From positions 434,001 through 498,000 of the forward strand of contig NW_025767227.1 in assembly GCF_003918875.1 (NCBI RefSeq): a stretch of DNA of 64,000 nt, in the 5' to 3' direction. The notes under the pieces are model-generated. The model was not told the origin of the DNA. It did not search any database and saw only the letters and a list, made by a program, of their open reading frames with translations. Positions 58,315 through 64,000 of this stretch are shown here, piece after piece. The position numbers were made by a program, and so were the translations under genes. The stretch's first letter is position 1. Every line of letters begins with the position of its first letter. The stretch comes from Haliotis rubra. Lineage: Eukaryota.

Positions 58315-61300
58315 ATGGAAGGTGAACGGTAAGTACTTGTTCCTCTCATTATTCTGTGTCAGTGCAGTGCTTTTTCCGCAGCCATCTTGTTTCTAAATGA
58401 GGAGAATTGGTCACGACTGTACATGTGTATGCTGCTAATCACAGGGAAGTAATCGTTAAATTTAAACGTAGGCGGGAACCGAGCACGGTATGCATTCCTT
58501 GAAATTACAGCAGCAACTTGTTTTTCACTATTGTACTGATGTTCATTTATTTAAATGCGACTAACACTCAGCTAAATGCACATATTACGTCTATTGGGAG
58601 GGCTAGAATCCATTAAGTCCAAACCGAAGTTCGACATTATATTGATCCTTGGTTTGTGGGCAAAATAGTCATTTTGTAAGTAGCACCAAGCAGTTTCCTC
58701 ACACAAGTGATTCTAAACCGTCATTCAAACCCAACCAGTGATTCTTTGTAGAACTCCCGAGATTCTGGACTACCGGAATGAGAATGGTCACGGATGGTTC
58801 TTCTTCAAAAATGACGGCCTTCTTCGGACGATTGTTACAACCCCTGAAGCTAATATGGAAATGCTCCGTAAAGTTCAGAGACTGAAACTTAGGGACGATG
58901 ACGTCTTGATTGCAGCTTATCCCAAATGCGGTAAGAACCCAAGCTAAACAATGTACTGTACAAATGAGTAGTCTGTGAATGAATGGAGGTTTTAACTTCC
59001 CAGTAAATAGGTGGTTCTTTGACACAAGAAACTCATGATCTGGTGTGGACCCATCAGTCTACCAACTTGGCTTAATTGTGAGCTTAACTGATTTGTGAGC
59101 TGTGCACTGTGTAGATCATGCTGACCGAAACACAAATACCATTCAAACAGGCGTAAGCCCCAATTCACCCACTTACTCACACAATGCTGTCTATTCCGAT
59201 CCCTCCAGGTACCCACTGGTTGTGGGAAATCGTCTCCATGCTCAGGGCCGGTAACTCTGAGTACAACAAGAAGGCTAAGGACATCGCCATGTTGGGGGCA
59301 CCGGAATCAGTGCGGGTTGATGAACTCCCCTCTCCAAGAGTTCTGAACTCACATCTAAATTTCCGTCATCTGCCCGAGAAGATGGTGGAGAAGAAAATAA
59401 AAACAATCTTGATCCTGCGAAATCCCAAAGATGTCAGCGTATCTTATTATAACCATCTCAACGGAGTAAACATGAGTTTTAGGTTTGACGGCACGTATTC
59501 AGAATTTCTGGATCTGTATCTGGAAGGAAAAGGTGAGTGATACATAGATGCTGTTACGTTATCTTAAGCTTTATGGTAGTAACCATGGCGTCGGGTAGTA
59601 TTTATGCTTATTTATATGTTTATATCAATCTGAAGGCATAATTGCTATATTTAATTAACATTTACAGAAAATAGCAGATATAATACTTGTCCTTGTCTTC
59701 AACAGTAAAACTTAATCTACACAGTGACAGGTTTAAGGTGCCACAATTCGCTGTGAAATTTGTGACCGTGAGCTTGAAACCGGTCATGTTTATAGTCTAG
59801 CTAGCACCATACCCGTCCTCGAGGTTTTCATCAGGGTGGAAACATCTGGGACCTGTATCACTTCGGGCTTTCGTCCCTCGTTTAAGAAGGAAGCCGTGAG
59901 TCGACTGATGTGGCTTTCAAACTCTCCCATGCAGTTAATGACCAGATTCCAAAATCCGTTTGATGCCTCTCAATGCGACCATTTACACGTAACATTTCAT
60001 AAATGACAACATATTTAGCCCAACTCTAAAGGGGGTTACTGTTACCTGAGGGTAAATATGTCAAAAGAAACAATTTATGCCCTTCTGCGGTTATCCTCGA
60101 TTCTACAACGCCTAGCTTCTCGAAGTGTGCAATTTTCATGCAAACAGCAACTTACAGCAACAAGTTAAAACGAGAGCCCAAGTGAGATGGGATATTCAAG
60201 TACTAGTACATAGCATCTCCATTGAGACTACATCGTCCCCTATTTCGGCATCTCGGTAAGAAGCTGACCAGATGTGGGTTTACCGAAATGCTCAGTCTGA
60301 GGTATAGAGGGTGGGGCTGCTGGTGTTGGGACCTTCTGTCACTTTCTAAATCCATCAGATATATGTGCTGTTGTCTTTGTGTGGGATGGAACCTTCTGAT
60401 GAACTGCTGGCTGAATATTGGTTCACATATTTAGACAAGTTGTTCCGTAAATGTGCTTCAAAGTTCAATTGAATAATTGAATGATCTGACTTGATGCTTC
60501 CTGGATGCAGGATCATATGTACCGATTTGTTGTACTGTCCCAAGATGGGTTTCATTACTAACATCCCCTTCCTGAATGTAGGGTTTAAAGGCCCGTGTGT
60601 ACTATAGTGACAATGTGAGTTTAAACGCTCTGAGTTATTCTGCCTGAATGTGAGTTTACATGCCCTCATGCCCTACTTCATGAATATGAGTTTACATCCT
60701 CTGATGTATAGTTTACTGAATGGGGTTTTCAATGTTCTGACATGCTGCATGCATGCTGTTTTAAACTCTGTGACCTGCTGCTGCCAAATATGGCTTAATC
60801 GAGGTTGCTTGACTGAAGGTGGTATGGATATTTATCTGACTTGTTGCTGTCGGACTGTAGGTATAAACACTCCCAGGGTCTGCTCCGTGAATTTGGACTT
60901 AAAGGCTCGTGTTTCTTTCTGAATGTGGTTTTGACTGCTCTGATATGTTGCTGTCTGAACATAGGCTTTTAACTCTCTCTCCCGTAATTCCCTGTCAGAA
61001 TAGGCTTTTAGGAAATCTAGCAAACTTTCATGCTGCTCCCGGAATGTGGACTTGAACTGCTTCTTTAAAACGGTGGGTGCCGCTTTCCTGTGTAAACGCT
61101 GGCTGATTGTAGATATTAGTTCTCCATTAGCACTGCTCATGGAAGTCGGCTTAGATGCATACAAATGCTACTGTGTGAATGTCGGTTCAGATGCCCTGAA
61201 GTGCTGCTGTGTGAATGTAGGTTCAGACACGTTGAAGTGGTACTGTGTGAATGTAGGTTCAGATGCCCTGAAGTGCTACTGTGTGAATGTAGGTTCAGAT

Positions 61301-62679
61301 GCCCTGAAGTGCTACTGTGTGGGTGTAGGTTCAGATGCCCCGAAGTGCTACTGTGTGAATGAAAATTCAGATGCCCTGGGGTGCTGCAAGATGAATGTTG
61401 GCTCATATGCCCTGATCCTGTAAGGTGTTTCTGAATGTATACTTATACTCTTTCAGATGCTGCTGTGATGTGAACTATATGCTCTTGGCTTGAAATGTTG
61501 CGCTGTTACATCGTTCCTCCNNNNNNNNNNNNNNNNNNNNNNNNNNNNNNNNNNNNNNNNNNNNNNNNNNNNNNNNNNNNNNNNNNNNNNNNNNNNNNNN
61601 NNNNNNNNNNNNNNNNNNNNNNNNNNNNNNNNNNNNNNNNNNNNNNNNNNNNNNNNNNTTTCAGTAAATGTGCTGGTCTGTTTGTACACACATGCTTCTT
61701 GAAAAATATAAAGAAAATATAAATATAAAGAATATAAAAAAACAAAAAAAACAAAGAAATATAACCTTATATGTTTATGACGTTACATAAATGATCCCTT
61801 CCTGTTTCAGTTCCCTGTGGTGATTATGTCGACTACGTGAAGGACTGGCTGCAAGTGAAACAGGACAACCCGGACTTGCCAATGTTGACATTGTTTTATG
61901 AAAACTTGAAAAAGGTTTGTAGTTGACCAAGATGCCTTATGTCGATGGTCAAAATGGTTTGCTAGGTATACGGTTTGAACATCTGAATGCAAACACCAGT
62001 GGTCCATTACAGTAATTGATGACGTTCAGCTGGAACATCTAAATACACTCGAAGCTGGTATATAACTGTGTCATGTGCTGTGAGCTGCTCATTGATGTGA
62101 CGCTTGTGATATTGCCTATAATACCCGTATCAAGTTTAGCAACATTGATCATCAATTTCTTGATCATTTTAAATAACATGAAACACGATTGTATATTTTT
62201 GCATTTTCGTTTTGGCGTGCTGCTGCCACAGGGTTTAGTGTCACAGGGCCCAGTGTTTTGTCAGTTTGCATTTCTCGTTTAATACTCTAGTAGTATTTGG
62301 AAGGTATATAATTAGTCCTTTAGGTGCACCATTATATGTCCTCAGTTAACTGGACTGGGGCATATTTATTATTTCAACATAAGTTGACCTTTAATTTATT
62401 GGACTATCCATAATTCTATATTTCTTCAACTGCAATGGTACTGCCGGTATAACATTTGTTCGGTAAGAAAATCCGAATTTGGTTGATTTTAGGATCCTGT
62501 TAAAAACATCAGAACAGTTGCCGAGTTTATTGGAGTCTCTGTCAGCGATGAACTGTGTGAGAAAATAGCAGAAGTGTGCAGTTTTAAGAAGATGAGGACA
62601 GCAGACACAGAGCTGAAGGAACACCAATTTAATGTGCCCGAAAACTGGAAGAAAGGTTACAAAGGAATCTACAGGAAAG
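58315..62679 (+). CDS. Cytosolic sulfotransferase (SULT1-like), paralog 6; last exon outside the window
   Basis: Exons 58315-58328, 58752-58930, 59209-59532, 61811-61914, 62493-62679; frame intact so far. Confidence 0.9.
61150..61420. repeat. 36-bp minisatellite in intron 3 of paralog 6
   Basis: Same unit as 12220-12885. Confidence 0.88.
61521..61658. other. Assembly gap (138 N)
   Basis: Run of n characters. Confidence 1.
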
Positions 62680-62796
62680 GTGAGTTTGAGATTAACATTT
62701 CTCGTTGACAGGACACACAAGAGTAAGAGATGGTCTAAAAAATTATGTTGGTTGGTGTGTTGGCTAGTGTCGTACCAGGTATGTTACTGCTTGTCG

Positions 62797-64000
62797 TAAT
62801 CATCATCATTTTATTCACTCACTAACGCCAGTAACGGTGGTACATGAGCATATATATATATTAACCATGGTAAAAAGACACAAGATGGCTATATGCATTG
62901 ATATTTGTGTACAGAGTATTTTAACCTTATTGATATAGAGTATATAAAAACTGTACATACATACATGATTCTAATATGTTAAACGAAAAGTCTTGATGGA
63001 CATAATTAGCAACTTTTTAAGATGACGTTTATAAAGTTGGATAGGTGTTTCAGTTCGCTAAGGTTTTGTGTTAACATTAGTCTTTTACATTTTTTCAAAT
63101 ATGGCCAGACATAATTGTAACTATTAATCAGCTGCACCCGCTGTTGGTGAAGAGCCTCGCACTTCAGTAAGTAGTGAAACTCGTCACCAACAGCAGGTGA
63201 GTTACACAACTGACAAACTCGTTCTTCCCTTGGAATTGCTAGATATCGGCCTGTCAATCGGCATCTTATGATTATTAAGTCTGAAGCGTAGAATTGGGAT
63301 ATTAATTGATTTAGGAAGATAGAGGGGTTTTCAAAATTTGGCATTTCCTTTAAAAGTCTGTAGTATACGCCTTTTGAACTTGAATTAATTTCTGAGAGCC
63401 AAGATTGGTGAAATTGATCTGTTAGTGTTGTATTAACCATTGAAGCAAGCCATGATGTTGAGCAGATTGATGGGTTTTCAAAAATATATGAGAGGCCACA
63501 TTTATCGAGAATTGACTTGATAAAAGAAAACTATGTATTATTTTTTACAGTATCTTGAATATTTATGGAAATAAAAGAATAAAGAACCTGGGACAGTTTA
63601 CGCGATTGCATACTGCTTGCAAGTTTATGCCAGAAGGAAATAACTCTTTTATAAATAGCTATGTACAATGGACATCTTCCAAATTCACCACAAAGCATGA
63701 ACGAAGGAGTAGAGGTTTTGAGACCAGCCGCCAATTCTAAAAACTTAAGGTGAACTCTTTCAACAGTAACAAGATTTTCATGACCTCATACCTAACAACG
63801 ATACAGCTGTATCGGGACAACCATAACGTCGAAAGCTGATAACAGACAATCAATTGTAAATTAACATTCCTAGCCTTCTTTAATAGGGAGAACATTGGTT
63901 TCGTTGCACTTTCTGACAAATTCTTAATAACTTTTATAAGTCGCCTGTTTCTATGAAACTTTATACCAAGATACGTGTAATCGTCCACTGTACTAAGACA
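62797..64000 (-). mobile_element. LINE ORF2 3' portion (RTEX/CR1-like group), degenerate
   Basis: Motifs YTYLGIKF, GEFGRCPL, GRY..IPREERVCQLCN..VGDEFHYLLKC; 3' end aataaa+(tga)n; clade assignment tentative. Confidence 0.8.

Overview
Animal genomic DNA with spliceosomal GT-AG introns. The SINE/LINE repertoire suggests a mollusc, possibly a gastropod such as abalone (inference only). The window is dominated by a tandem cluster of cytosolic PAPS-dependent sulfotransferase (SULT) genes. Six + strand paralogs share identical coding-exon sizes (14/179/324/104/187/110 nt, 305 aa); five are complete and the sixth runs off the window. A divergent, apparently truncated SULT-like gene lies head-to-head on the - strand and has a degenerate PAPS-binding loop. 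Introns and spacers hold tRNA-SINEs, two Meta-domain SINEs, a non-tRNA short retroposon, I/Nimb-like, R4/Dong-like, L2-like and other LINE relics, a Penelope-like fragment, four Tc1 relics, MITEs and paralog-specific minisatellites. Main highlights: (1) a compact HDV-like ribozyme fold of L1Tc/ingi type at the 5' end of a LINE lying in sense orientation in a SULT intron; (2) a short retroposon whose head is a predicted pseudoknotted RNA instead of a tRNA; (3) a tRNA-containing mini-LTR-like element; (4) retroposon target-site duplications that copy splice sites; (5) paralog hypervariability confined to predicted substrate-pocket positions; (6) a conserved XRE-like promoter motif. All structures and alignments were read by eye.
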